Virus record (IMG/VR): IMGVR_UViG_3300037191_000107
Location: 1-24,739 of that record
Direction: 5' to 3' (one strand)
Length of the DNA stretch: 24,739 nt
Source of the DNA: a virus
Taxonomy: Duplodnaviria > Caudoviricetes
Shown: one piece after another, positions 16,309-22,995 of the stretch
Position numbering within the stretch: position 1 is the first letter of the stretch
Layout of the letters: each line of letters starts with the position of its first letter
The notes under the pieces: generated by a model
Databases searched by the model: none
What the model saw: the letters and a program-made list of their open reading frames with translations, nothing else
Told to the model about the DNA's origin: nothing
Made by a program: the position numbers and the translations under genes

Positions 16309-16441
16309 AATTCTCGCAGTCAGGGTTATCAATTGAACACGCTTCAGGTTGTTCTTTAGTTTCTAATTCTCCCAACCAATCACTAAACATATTCTCAGCA
16401 ATATCTTCGGCTGCTTTTGTAACTTCTTTTTCTTCTACCAT
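16298..16441 (-). CDS. 47-aa acidic peptide ending in an RNR-alpha-like redox tail (ACSIDNPDCENCGS)
   Basis: Manual translation: MVEEKEVTKAAEDIAENMFSDWLGELETKEQPEACSIDNPDCENCGS*. ATG start, AT-rich leader, coupled to the next gene. Confidence 0.8.
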   Translation of the reverse strand: MVEEKEVTKAAEDIAENMFSDWLGELETKEQPEACSIDNPDCENCGS

Positions 16442-16469
16442 AATCAATAATAGTGTTTTTTTAATGTTG

Positions 16470-16544
16470 TTATTTAATAACTGACCTATCGTAAAGTAGT
16501 ATTCCTAAACCTACTACCAGTATTGTAATAATTAGTACATTCAT
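16470..16544 (-). CDS. Putative 24-aa membrane peptide
   Basis: MNVLIITILVVGLGILLYDRSVIK*, with an A-rich leader (AAAACAATAGAG-ATG). Confidence 0.5.
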   Translation of the reverse strand: MNVLIITILVVGLGILLYDRSVIK

Positions 16545-16554
16545 CTCTATTGTT

Positions 16555-16686
16555 TTAGTTTAAATATCCTTTATCGTTTAATTGTAACCAAGCTATACAA
16601 TCAGCTAAACCACCTTTAAATTGTTGCTTACCTTCTTTATCAATTATCTCGTAATCATTTTGGTGAAGTCTTACTTTGTATATCAT
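16555..16686 (-). CDS. Hypothetical protein (43 aa)
   Basis: MIYKVRLHQNDYEIIDKEGKQQFKGGLADCIAWLQLNDKGYLN*. The ATG at 16686 has an A-rich leader; the upstream GTG extension would run through an RNA hairpin. Confidence 0.65.
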   Translation of the reverse strand: MIYKVRLHQNDYEIIDKEGKQQFKGGLADCIAWLQLNDKGYLN

Positions 16687-16700
16687 ATCTATTTTTTTTA

Positions 16701-16886
16701 GTAATCGAATAGCAGAAGGCTCGTTCCCACTGCCCCCTACTTTCGACACTGACTTGCCTTACACCCCTGCAAGGACTTTTTCACTATATGCACCACTCAC
16801 GCAGGTTACTCTCGAAGATTTGCCTATCGTGTTGAAATTAAACCTTGTTAGGTTTCGATAGGGCTTTAGTGTAGCACTCGAGCAGC
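16701..16886 (-). ncRNA. Candidate structured non-coding RNA (unassigned family)
   Basis: GC-richer intergenic stretch with several stems: CCTATCG/CGATAGG enclosing AAACC/GGTTT; CTCGAG/TTCGAG; CCTGC/GCAGG or CCTTGC/GTAAGG; TCGAA-GTAGGGGGC/GCCTTCTGC-TTCGA. The G-U pairs form only on the minus strand. Confidence 0.55.
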
Positions 16887-17105
16887 TTACTCTCTTTTCG
16901 CTAATAGTATATCGGCTGCGTTCTCGAAGGTAGCATCTGTAAAATACTTATCCCCTGCTTGTTCGAGTATCTCAAACGCTTGTTGGTTTTGGTTGTACTT
17001 CACCTCCTTATAAAGAAGGTCTATAATAACCGATCTAATTGAACGCTTGTTTAAATAAGCTGCCTTTGTTCCTTGCTGAATAATCCACTTCTCGTATGCT
17101 TTCAT
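16887..17105 (-). CDS. Hypothetical protein (72 aa)
   Basis: ATG with A-rich leader and an upstream TAnnTTTG box. Confidence 0.75.
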   Translation of the reverse strand: MKAYEKWIIQQGTKAAYLNKRSIRSVIIDLLYKEVKYNQNQQAFEILEQAGDKYFTDATFENAADILLAKRE

Positions 17106-17125
17106 ATAGTTGTTTTTAGTTTCTA

Positions 17126-17133
17126 CAAATCTA
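17126..17133 (-). promoter_or_regulatory. Bacteroidota-type -7 promoter box (TAGATTTG)
   Basis: Matches TAnnTTTG in the intergenic gap 20 nt before the ATG; no clear -33 box. Confidence 0.55.
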
Positions 17134-17138
17134 CAAAT

Positions 17139-17534
17139 TTATTTAAGATTAAAATAATTATCTATGGTTTTTTTTGCATCATCAAATCCAGTACAAAATT
17201 TAGCCATATATCCACGAGCAGTTAAACCCTGAAGCCATCGAGTTTGATTGTACCTCGTACCACCTAAATCATAAGCCTTTTTTAAATCTCCGTTTTTCTT
17301 GTACGGTGATGAACCTTTAGCTTTCAATTCAATCGCTAAACCATTAAACCCTCCTCGTGCTTCGTATATAAACAAATCAGGAAACCCTGCGATATATCCT
17401 GTTCTTTTGGCTTTCAATTTCTGTGAATCATACTTCTGATATTGCCCACCTAAAGAAGCACAGAAAAGAGCTTTGTATTCTAATCGCAAGTAAGTAACAA
17501 CTGCTGCTTGCAAATCATCTTCTTTTGCCTTCAT
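17139..17534 (-). CDS. VRR-NUC domain nuclease (Holliday-junction resolvase-like)
   Basis: EDDLQ...G..AGFPDL.I...GLAIELK (PD-(D/E)xK)...Q..WL..L...GY. Confidence 0.88.
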   Translation of the reverse strand: MKAKEDDLQAAVVTYLRLEYKALFCASLGGQYQKYDSQKLKAKRTGYIAGFPDLFIYEARGGFNGLAIELKAKGSSPYKKNGDLKKAYDLGGTRYNQTRWLQGLTARGYMAKFCTGFDDAKKTIDNYFNLK

Positions 17535-17538
17535 ATCA

Positions 17539-17697
17539 TTAATCGTTTAAACTATTCTCTTTAATTCTTTGATACCTCGCTTTATCTTCGGCTGCTCTTT
17601 TATACTTAGCTCGTGCATCAAGTGGTACATGCACTTTGATCTCAGGTACTGAACCCCCTACTACTAAATCCCAAGTGTTTTTAGTTACTGCTTTCAT
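17539..17697 (-). CDS. Hypothetical protein (52 aa)
   Basis: MKAVTKNTWDLVVGGSVPEIKVHVPLDARAKYKRAAEDKARYQRIKENSLND* fills the gap and overlaps the upstream gene's end. Confidence 0.6.
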   Translation of the reverse strand: MKAVTKNTWDLVVGGSVPEIKVHVPLDARAKYKRAAEDKARYQRIKENSLND

Positions 17698-18370
17698 TCT
17701 CTAATGTGTTTAAAATTTCCGTTCTTAAATCTGTTTTGTCTATTCGCATCTGCTCGAAGAGGTTTAATATTGCTATCTCTCTTCTCATAATCATAGGGTG
17801 ATACTTCTTAGAGTTGTTACGCTGAAACATCTTACCTCTTTTAATCATTCCTTGCACATCTAACTTAATCTTTTCTTTTTCTTCTTCAGATAGAAATATA
17901 AAGCTATTCTTTTCTAACCATTCGTATATATGATTTACACCTGTAAGCGTTATTTCTACATCATTACAATAGTCTTCGTAAGGTTTGATAATACAAAGGG
18001 TTAAAAAATCCTCCTTAACCTTGTTTTTATCCACGCTGCTGAACTTTGTTTCTATTCTCATCTTCTCCTCTGTTTGAGCTGAGTTGATGCGTGTAGCGTT
18101 CGATTTTAATTTCTGTACATTTAACCAATTAAACCAAGTTCGTGGATTAATTGCTAACTGATCGGTTGTTCTTACTCCTATGTGGAATGCTTGAGTAACA
18201 TCTTCCATAGTTAATCGATGGAATTTATCGTTGAGGTCAGTCATTAAGATATTAGCCATTATTGCAATATCTTCGTTTGGCTTGTTTTGGCTCATCTCAA
18301 ATAGCACCCTCTTAATGGTTTGCCCACAGAAATTGAGTAGCTCGTTACTGGGTTGTTTTCCTATTTCCAT
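17681..18370 (-). CDS. Hypothetical protein, possibly a replicative helicase loader/recruiter
   Basis: 229 aa, helical, with an LT.EDV..AF..G motif. Function is inferred only from its position downstream of the initiator. Confidence 0.45.
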   Translation of the reverse strand: MEIGKQPSNELLNFCGQTIKRVLFEMSQNKPNEDIAIMANILMTDLNDKFHRLTMEDVTQAFHIGVRTTDQLAINPRTWFNWLNVQKLKSNATRINSAQTEEKMRIETKFSSVDKNKVKEDFLTLCIIKPYEDYCNDVEITLTGVNHIYEWLEKNSFIFLSEEEKEKIKLDVQGMIKRGKMFQRNNSKKYHPMIMRREIAILNLFEQMRIDKTDLRTEILNTLENESSN

Positions 18371-18393
18371 TTCGTTTAGTTTTTACAAAGATA
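18368..18393 (-). repeat. Promoter-leader-ATG direct repeat, downstream copy
   Basis: TATCTTTGTAAAAACTAAACGAAATG; 22/26 identical to 19579-19604. Confidence 0.75.
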
Positions 18394-19581
18394 AATCTTT
18401 TTAAATAATTCTACTAATACATTCACGGTTATTGAGTTCCCTGCTTGTTTATATAGCTGAGTATCGCTATTGACTTTCTGAGCTTTATAGAATTGCTCAT
18501 CTGTAAACCCTTGCAACCTCCAACATTCCAAAGGTGTTAATCTTCTTATTCTTTTTGTGTTCACAAGATTTGCTCCATTCCATATTGTAGTAAGTGAAGG
18601 ATTGACTGATTCAATATCATAAACTGTATTCTGTTGATAAGGTTGTTTACTTCCACTCTCTAATGATGGGTTTAATTGTATAACCTCCACTCCTTGACTG
18701 CAACCAGTATCAACGCAGTAACTTGTTCCATCTGATTTACTTAAATGACCAGAACCTCCCTTTCCACTTGTTGAGCTTCTTGGATATAGTGAATGTGATA
18801 TATAGTTGTTTGTTGCTCTTGTGCCTTCCTTTGTATCTAAGCAGTTTGCGTAACTATTAATATCTTTTGTATTAAACTTAAAACCATTACCCTTGCTTTC
18901 GTGCCTTTCCCGGTGCCGAGTAAAGCAACTTATCATCTTTTCGCTTAAATAATACTTATCATCTACCTCATTTTCTAATAAATCCTTTAACCTTAATTTT
19001 AATTCCATCTTCTTGGGAAAGTTAAAATCTCTTGGTTCTTTAAATCCTACTAAAAAGATTCTCTCTCTGTTTTGTGGTACACCGTAATCTTTAGTATTTA
19101 AAACTTTAGCATAAACATGATACCCTAAACCGTTATCTATTGTATCAATACCTATCTGACCATTAAGAGTACCACCTCCATTAGTTAATACATCTGTAAT
19201 CGTTTGGTAAGTCTTACCACTATCGTGTGAAAGCAACCCTTTTACATTCTCTAATACAAAGCATTTAGGTTGGTTCTCTTTAATAAACTCAGCTACATTA
19301 AAAAACAATGTTCCCCTCGTATCTTCAAAGCCTCCTCGATTACCTGCCATACTAAAAGACTGGCAAGGAAACCCTGCTACATATAAATCTAATTGAGGCA
19401 CTTCTGAATGATTACGAGTAGTAATGTCCTCGTAGAATGTATTAGGGTTGTGAAGCTCGTTAAAAGATTTCCTTGCATACTTATCAATCTCACAAGCAAA
19501 CACCTCTTCAACATCTAAGCCTAATCTTTTTAAGGCTGATTCAGGAGAACCAATACCACTAAAATCTGTTCCTATTTTCAT
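18376..19581 (-). CDS. dcm: DNA (cytosine-5)-methyltransferase, orphan
   Basis: Motifs I FSGIG, IV GFPCQ, VI ENVKG, VIII PQNRERIF, IX RRLTPLECWRLQGF and X YKQAGNS. Confidence 0.97.
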   Translation of the reverse strand: MKIGTDFSGIGSPESALKRLGLDVEEVFACEIDKYARKSFNELHNPNTFYEDITTRNHSEVPQLDLYVAGFPCQSFSMAGNRGGFEDTRGTLFFNVAEFIKENQPKCFVLENVKGLLSHDSGKTYQTITDVLTNGGGTLNGQIGIDTIDNGLGYHVYAKVLNTKDYGVPQNRERIFLVGFKEPRDFNFPKKMELKLRLKDLLENEVDDKYYLSEKMISCFTRHRERHESKGNGFKFNTKDINSYANCLDTKEGTRATNNYISHSLYPRSSTSGKGGSGHLSKSDGTSYCVDTGCSQGVEVIQLNPSLESGSKQPYQQNTVYDIESVNPSLTTIWNGANLVNTKRIRRLTPLECWRLQGFTDEQFYKAQKVNSDTQLYKQAGNSITVNVLVELFKKIYLCKN

Positions 19582-19604
19582 ATCGTTTTGTTTTTACAAA
19601 TCTA
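19579..19604 (-). repeat. Promoter-leader-ATG direct repeat, upstream copy (contains TAGATTTG -7 box)
   Basis: TAGATTTGTAAAAACAAAACGATATG. Confidence 0.75.
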
Positions 19605-19623
19605 CAACTATTTTTAAGAACAC

Positions 19624-20328
19624 CTATTCTATTTTTAGATTAGTTTTAAAAGGATCTTTAGCATCGAACATCTCGGGAAAGTATTTTTTCGCAAGGCTTG
19701 GCTTTTCTTTATTGAATTGTTTTTTAATTGGAAATACACTCTTCCAACTATTTTCAATTGACTGCTCAAGCATTTCCTTTTGAGTTTCCTTAGATAAGCC
19801 TTCCAATTTTTTTAATACTAAACTAATAGCTCTATCTGTATTCTTTGCTTTTAAACTTTTTCTTAAATCTAAAAATTCAATAAACAAATTATTAATATCA
19901 AAATCATCAAAATAGGCTTTAGCCTTTTGTTTATTATTATGTATTATTAAACTTGTATTATTAACTGTATTGTTATCTATAAACTTTTCAAGGGGAGGGT
20001 ATCCTCGTTTTGTTATATACCCCTCCCCTTGTTTTGTTATACACCCTCCCCTTGAAACCTTTAATACCCTCTTTAAGATTTGTTTAGTACCTTCTTTGTA
20101 GATTAGAGTAGAGGTAATATAACCTTTTGTAACCAATGAGTTAATGATTATACTAACCCTTGTCTTGCTTAATTCAAAGAACTCAGAAAAATAACCATTA
20201 CCTGCATAACACCCCTCACTATTGTCAAGGCTATTTATCTCAACGAAGAACAACTTTTCCATAATAGTAAGCTCCTTACTTAGCCAAACCTCTTTAGGTA
20301 TCCATACCCCCTTAAAATTCCTTTCCAT
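19624..20328 (-). CDS. Replication initiator protein (N-terminal winged HTH; lambda O-like organisation)
   Basis: FKGVWIP.EVW...LT..EK...EI.SL..GCYA.N.YF...L...GYI, a low-complexity iteron-encoded linker, and C-terminal F.EF..LRK...QSIENSWKSVF. Confidence 0.85.
   Translation of the reverse strand: MERNFKGVWIPKEVWLSKELTIMEKLFFVEINSLDNSEGCYAGNGYFSEFFELSKTRVSIIINSLVTKGYITSTLIYKEGTKQILKRVLKVSRGGCITKQGEGYITKRGYPPLEKFIDNNTVNNTSLIIHNNKQKAKAYFDDFDINNLFIEFLDLRKSLKAKNTDRAISLVLKKLEGLSKETQKEMLEQSIENSWKSVFPIKKQFNKEKPSLAKKYFPEMFDAKDPFKTNLKIE
19925..20075. other. Putative replication origin (iterons plus AT-rich unwinding element)
   Basis: Direct repeats at 20007-20030 and 20031-20053; perfect 15-bp inverted repeat 19986-20000/20043-20057; AT-rich TGTATTRTTA repeats at ~19934-19976. 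Confidence 0.75.
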
Positions 20329-20341
20329 AGTTTTGTTTTTA

Positions 20342-20371
20342 CAAATATATAAATAATTTTTAGATAAAAAA
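20342..20371 (-). promoter_or_regulatory. Bacteroidota-type promoter for the initiator gene
   Basis: TATATTTG -7 box at 20342-20349, followed by the TAAAAACAAAACT-ATG leader; overlaps the upstream terminator's U tract. Confidence 0.65.
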
Positions 20372-20395
20372 AGAGATGCTAATTAAAGCACCTCT
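20366..20395 (-). terminator. Intrinsic terminator after SSB
   Basis: AGAGGTGCT-TTAATT-AGCATCTCT-TTTTTT. Confidence 0.85.
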
Positions 20396-20428
20396 AAATT
20401 TAACCAACTCAGGAGGTTTAACGCTCCA

Positions 20429-20740
20429 TTAAAAGGGCATATCACCACCTGATTGATCGGCATTATCTGGAGAAGCTTCTAATTCCTTCACTTTCCAAGC
20501 CTTCAAACTAATGAAGTTTCTATCCTTCCAAGCTCTACCACCTATGTTGATGTCTATCTCATACGATGAGCCTACTTTTAAGTTCTTCACAAGCTCTATT
20601 CCTTTGTCTTGAATAAACTCTATTGGAATTTCTGCATCGTACTCTACACCTTCCTGCTTTAAGATAATCTCTTGCTTCTTAAATTTTTCAGTAATAACTT
20701 GTACTTCCTTGATCACCGTAATAATTCCTTTTACTTGCAT
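20429..20740 (-). CDS. Single-stranded DNA-binding protein (DUF3127 family)
   Basis: KFKKQE...IEF.QDK...NI.GR.W...F.SL.AWK and an acidic C-terminal tail ending DMPF. Confidence 0.85.
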   Translation of the reverse strand: MQVKGIITVIKEVQVITEKFKKQEIILKQEGVEYDAEIPIEFIQDKGIELVKNLKVGSSYEIDINIGGRAWKDRNFISLKAWKVKELEASPDNADQSGGDMPF

Positions 20741-21123
20741 TGTTCTGATAGTTTAGTTTGTAATGTTTGTACCTGTGCTTTCAATCTATTGATAATATCC
20801 TTTTGAGATAACTCTTTTACGCTCTCGTAATCACCCTCTTCTAATGCAGGTTGGTTTACATAGCTCATAATATTACAAAAGTCTTGATAATAGTATCCTC
20901 CTCTTTTGTGTTGCATCTCGTGCATATGTTCCAAGTCTTTAAACTCTACAACGGTAGTATTTAACTGGGTTCTAATAACCTCTTCTGTAATACCCACTTT
21001 TTTCATTGCACCAACTGCCATTGCTTTGGCATCGCTTACGAAAGTCTTTTCTGTCTTTGCTGATAGCTGAGAGATTAACACTCGATTAACCAACGCACAC
21101 CTTTCTAATATTATCTGTATCAT
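20731..21123 (-). CDS. Hypothetical protein; degenerate DnaA domain IV-like N-terminus plus coiled coil
   Basis: I..I...V....L.AKT....VSDAK.MA...MKK.G.T...I...LN spacing resembles the DnaA C-terminal HTH, but key residues differ. Confidence 0.4.
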   Translation of the reverse strand: MIQIILERCALVNRVLISQLSAKTEKTFVSDAKAMAVGAMKKVGITEEVIRTQLNTTVVEFKDLEHMHEMQHKRGGYYYQDFCNIMSYVNQPALEEGDYESVKELSQKDIINRLKAQVQTLQTKLSEQCK

Positions 21124-21341
21124 ATCAATTTAATTAATTGGATTAAACTTAATTTACTATCCTTGCTTACCGTTTGTATTTGACTGAACCTTATTTTAGA
21201 CTGATCCAAAAGCAACTTATCTAAAGTAGGCTGAGATACTTTTAACGCTTCTCTAATACCTTCCTTTGTTAAGTAGGTAGATAATAATACCTCTTGCAAT
21301 TTTGTGGTTGGAGTCCACCCTCTTCCAGTTGTGTTTTTCAT
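21120..21341 (-). CDS. Cro/C1-like helix-turn-helix protein
   Basis: LTKEGIREALKVSQPTLDKLL...I.FSQI..VS; 73 aa. Confidence 0.65.
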   Translation of the reverse strand: MKNTTGRGWTPTTKLQEVLLSTYLTKEGIREALKVSQPTLDKLLLDQSKIRFSQIQTVSKDSKLSLIQLIKLI

Positions 21342-21344
21342 ATC

Positions 21345-21719
21345 TTACTTTCTTTTAAAATCTTCTGATTCATCTTCACCGAAATGCCCTAATTCGTAGA
21401 ACCCTGTAAGTTTTAATACTGCTCTACTCATCGCTCTCTTTTCTGCCATTGCAACAGGATAAGAGTTTGTTGTATTACTTGGAGATGACTCCCCAAATGT
21501 TTCAATAACTTGCTCACCTGCTTTTGCAGTAGCTTTAATTATAATGCATTTATTGTCTGCTGAATTATGAATTAACTCATAAGAAATTAGTATGTTGTTT
21601 TTTGCTTGTATTTTATCTATACCACTTCTCGAAATTATAGTGTAGAATTTATGCTTGAATACATCATCCTTCGTTAATCCGTTGGTCGTGTAAAGCTCGT
21701 TTAGTTTAGTCGCATCCAT
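21345..21719 (-). CDS. Single-strand annealing protein, Rad52/ERF/Sak-like fold (putative)
   Basis: IIKATA...ETFGE...YPVAMAEKRAMSRAVLKLTG...GEDE; close to the SSB gene. Confidence 0.6.
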   Translation of the reverse strand: MDATKLNELYTTNGLTKDDVFKHKFYTIISRSGIDKIQAKNNILISYELIHNSADNKCIIIKATAKAGEQVIETFGESSPSNTTNSYPVAMAEKRAMSRAVLKLTGFYELGHFGEDESEDFKRK

Positions 21720-21722
21720 AGC

Positions 21723-21917
21723 TTAGTTGTTTATTAGGTTCTTTGAAAATTCAAATTCTTTAATAGTTCCGTTCGTTGGGTTCTTTTCTCCAGACTCCCA
21801 AGCTTGAGAAACTTCGCAACATCTTGCATACTCGTTGTTGAGTTGATCCTCAATCATTGCATCTCTATCTAACTGCTGAATCCTTGTACTTAAAAATAAT
21901 TCTTTTAGCTTTACCAT
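21723..21917 (-). CDS. Hypothetical protein (64 aa)
   Basis: The ATG at 21917 (MVKLKELF) directly follows the upstream stop. Confidence 0.7.
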   Translation of the reverse strand: MVKLKELFLSTRIQQLDRDAMIEDQLNNEYARCCEVSQAWESGEKNPTNGTIKEFEFSKNLINN

Positions 21918-21918
21918 T

Positions 21919-22089
21919 TTAGTTTTGTTTTTGTTTGTCAATAAAGTGCTGCATTATAACTCTAGCCTTAGTTAAGTCTGTATTACATTTTAAGTAATAA
22001 CCATTGTCTATTAAAAAGGTTTCTGTTTTCGCACACTCCTTAATAGCGTTTTCCAAATACTCGATAATCCAATTTTCCTGATTTTCCAT
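21919..22089 (-). CDS. Hypothetical early protein (56 aa), missed by the ORF track
   Basis: MENQENWIIEYLENAIKECAKTETFLIDNGYYLKCNTDLTKARVIMQHFIDKQKQN*; leader AAAAAACAACTAAGATT-ATG. Confidence 0.75.
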   Translation of the reverse strand: MENQENWIIEYLENAIKECAKTETFLIDNGYYLKCNTDLTKARVIMQHFIDKQKQN

Positions 22090-22104
22090 AATCTTAGTTG
22101 TTTT

Positions 22105-22281
22105 TTAGTGTTTAGTTTCTCTTTCTTTACGCTCATTAAGGACATCTCTTAAATTTTCATATAAACTAATCTCACTTTGAGTGTGTTCAATTTCAAATGC
22201 AGCGTTTAATACTTTAATAACCTCTTTATTCGATGCTCTCTCTAAGTCATCAAGCGTGTACTCTACTATGTCTGTTCTCAT
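22105..22281 (-). CDS. Hypothetical early protein (58 aa)
   Basis: Start MRTDIV at 22281 has the A-rich leader; the ORF-track start overlaps the promoter's -7 box. Confidence 0.75.
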   Translation of the reverse strand: MRTDIVEYTLDDLERASNKEVIKVLNAAFEIEHTQSEISLYENLRDVLNERKERETKH

Positions 22282-22311
22282 AATCTTGTTTTTTAGTGTT
22301 TTTGTTTGATG

Positions 22312-22341
22312 CAAATATATAACTTTATTTTAGATTAGCAA
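22312..22341 (-). promoter_or_regulatory. Consensus Bacteroidota sigma-70 early promoter
   Basis: TTG-ctaatctaaaataaagtta (19 nt)-TATATTTG. Confidence 0.85.
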
Positions 22342-22626
22342 CTATCTTCCAAGTTTATCTGCTGAATATTTTCTTAAATTAAAGCAGGTTTCGGGTTTAT
22401 GCAGTCTGCTCAAATCTTCCATCGAAGGATCCCACCAAGCATTAACAGATTTTAAAAGGTCTATTAATTCGGTAGCCGTATCTTCATCACCTAAATCTTG
22501 CAAGACCTCAATTCTATCTTTCATGTTAGAATGTAAATCATCAAACCAACCTGCTCTTCTTACAAAGTGTCCTACCAACTCATCAATAGTACCTGTTGCT
22601 TCTCTTGTTTTTGTGTTTAGTTTCAT
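22342..22626 (-). CDS. Hypothetical early protein (94 aa)
   Basis: ATG with AAAAACTAAGACT leader. Confidence 0.8.
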   Translation of the reverse strand: MKLNTKTREATGTIDELVGHFVRRAGWFDDLHSNMKDRIEVLQDLGDEDTATELIDLLKSVNAWWDPSMEDLSRLHKPETCFNLRKYSADKLGR

Positions 22627-22655
22627 AGTCTTAGTTTTTAGGGTTAAAGGAGTTT

Positions 22656-22922
22656 TTAGGCTCCTATTAGTTTTGTAAATCTTTTTTTTCTTAGCTTTCT
22701 ATGTTCCTGGTAATCCCAAATTACTTCTGCGTACTCTTTTGTGCCTTTATTTTTTAAGTAATATTTTCCATCTTCTAATGGATTGCAAAATTTTTTCAGC
22801 CATCTATTTGCTTGTTTTTTTGTTTCAAAATATACTAAATGATCTGGTTGATATGATAGAACCATTTTATAAGTTACTATTGATATTTTGAAGTTTTGAC
22901 CTATAGCGTTTGAATTTGTCAT
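22656..22922 (-). CDS. Hypothetical early protein (88 aa, basic)
   Basis: First ORF after the 22966-22995 promoter; A-rich leader. Confidence 0.75.
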   Translation of the reverse strand: MTNSNAIGQNFKISIVTYKMVLSYQPDHLVYFETKKQANRWLKKFCNPLEDGKYYLKNKGTKEYAEVIWDYQEHRKLRKKRFTKLIGA

Positions 22923-22965
22923 AATAGTTGTTGTTTGTATCTCAGCTTTATTGCTTTTGATAGGA

Positions 22966-22995
22966 CAAATATATAATAAAACTTTAGAATAGCAA
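22966..22995 (-). promoter_or_regulatory. Consensus Bacteroidota sigma-70 early promoter
   Basis: TTG-ctattctaaagttttatta (19 nt)-TATATTTG. Confidence 0.85.

Noticed and set aside
16701-16886. Known RNA classes (hammerhead, cobalamin riboswitch, RNase P, tRNA, 6S)
   Set aside because: Only isolated fragments match (CGAAAC without CUGAnGA; ACTGCCCCC on the opposite strand; AAAGTCC). There is no cloverleaf and no end-to-end rod.
18376-19581. Complete restriction-modification system
   Set aside because: No cognate endonuclease is adjacent; VRR-NUC and HNH have standard phage roles and positions.
19986-20057. CRISPR mini-array or transposon end
   Set aside because: The repeats are adjacent without unique spacers and lie in the initiator linker; iterons explain them better.
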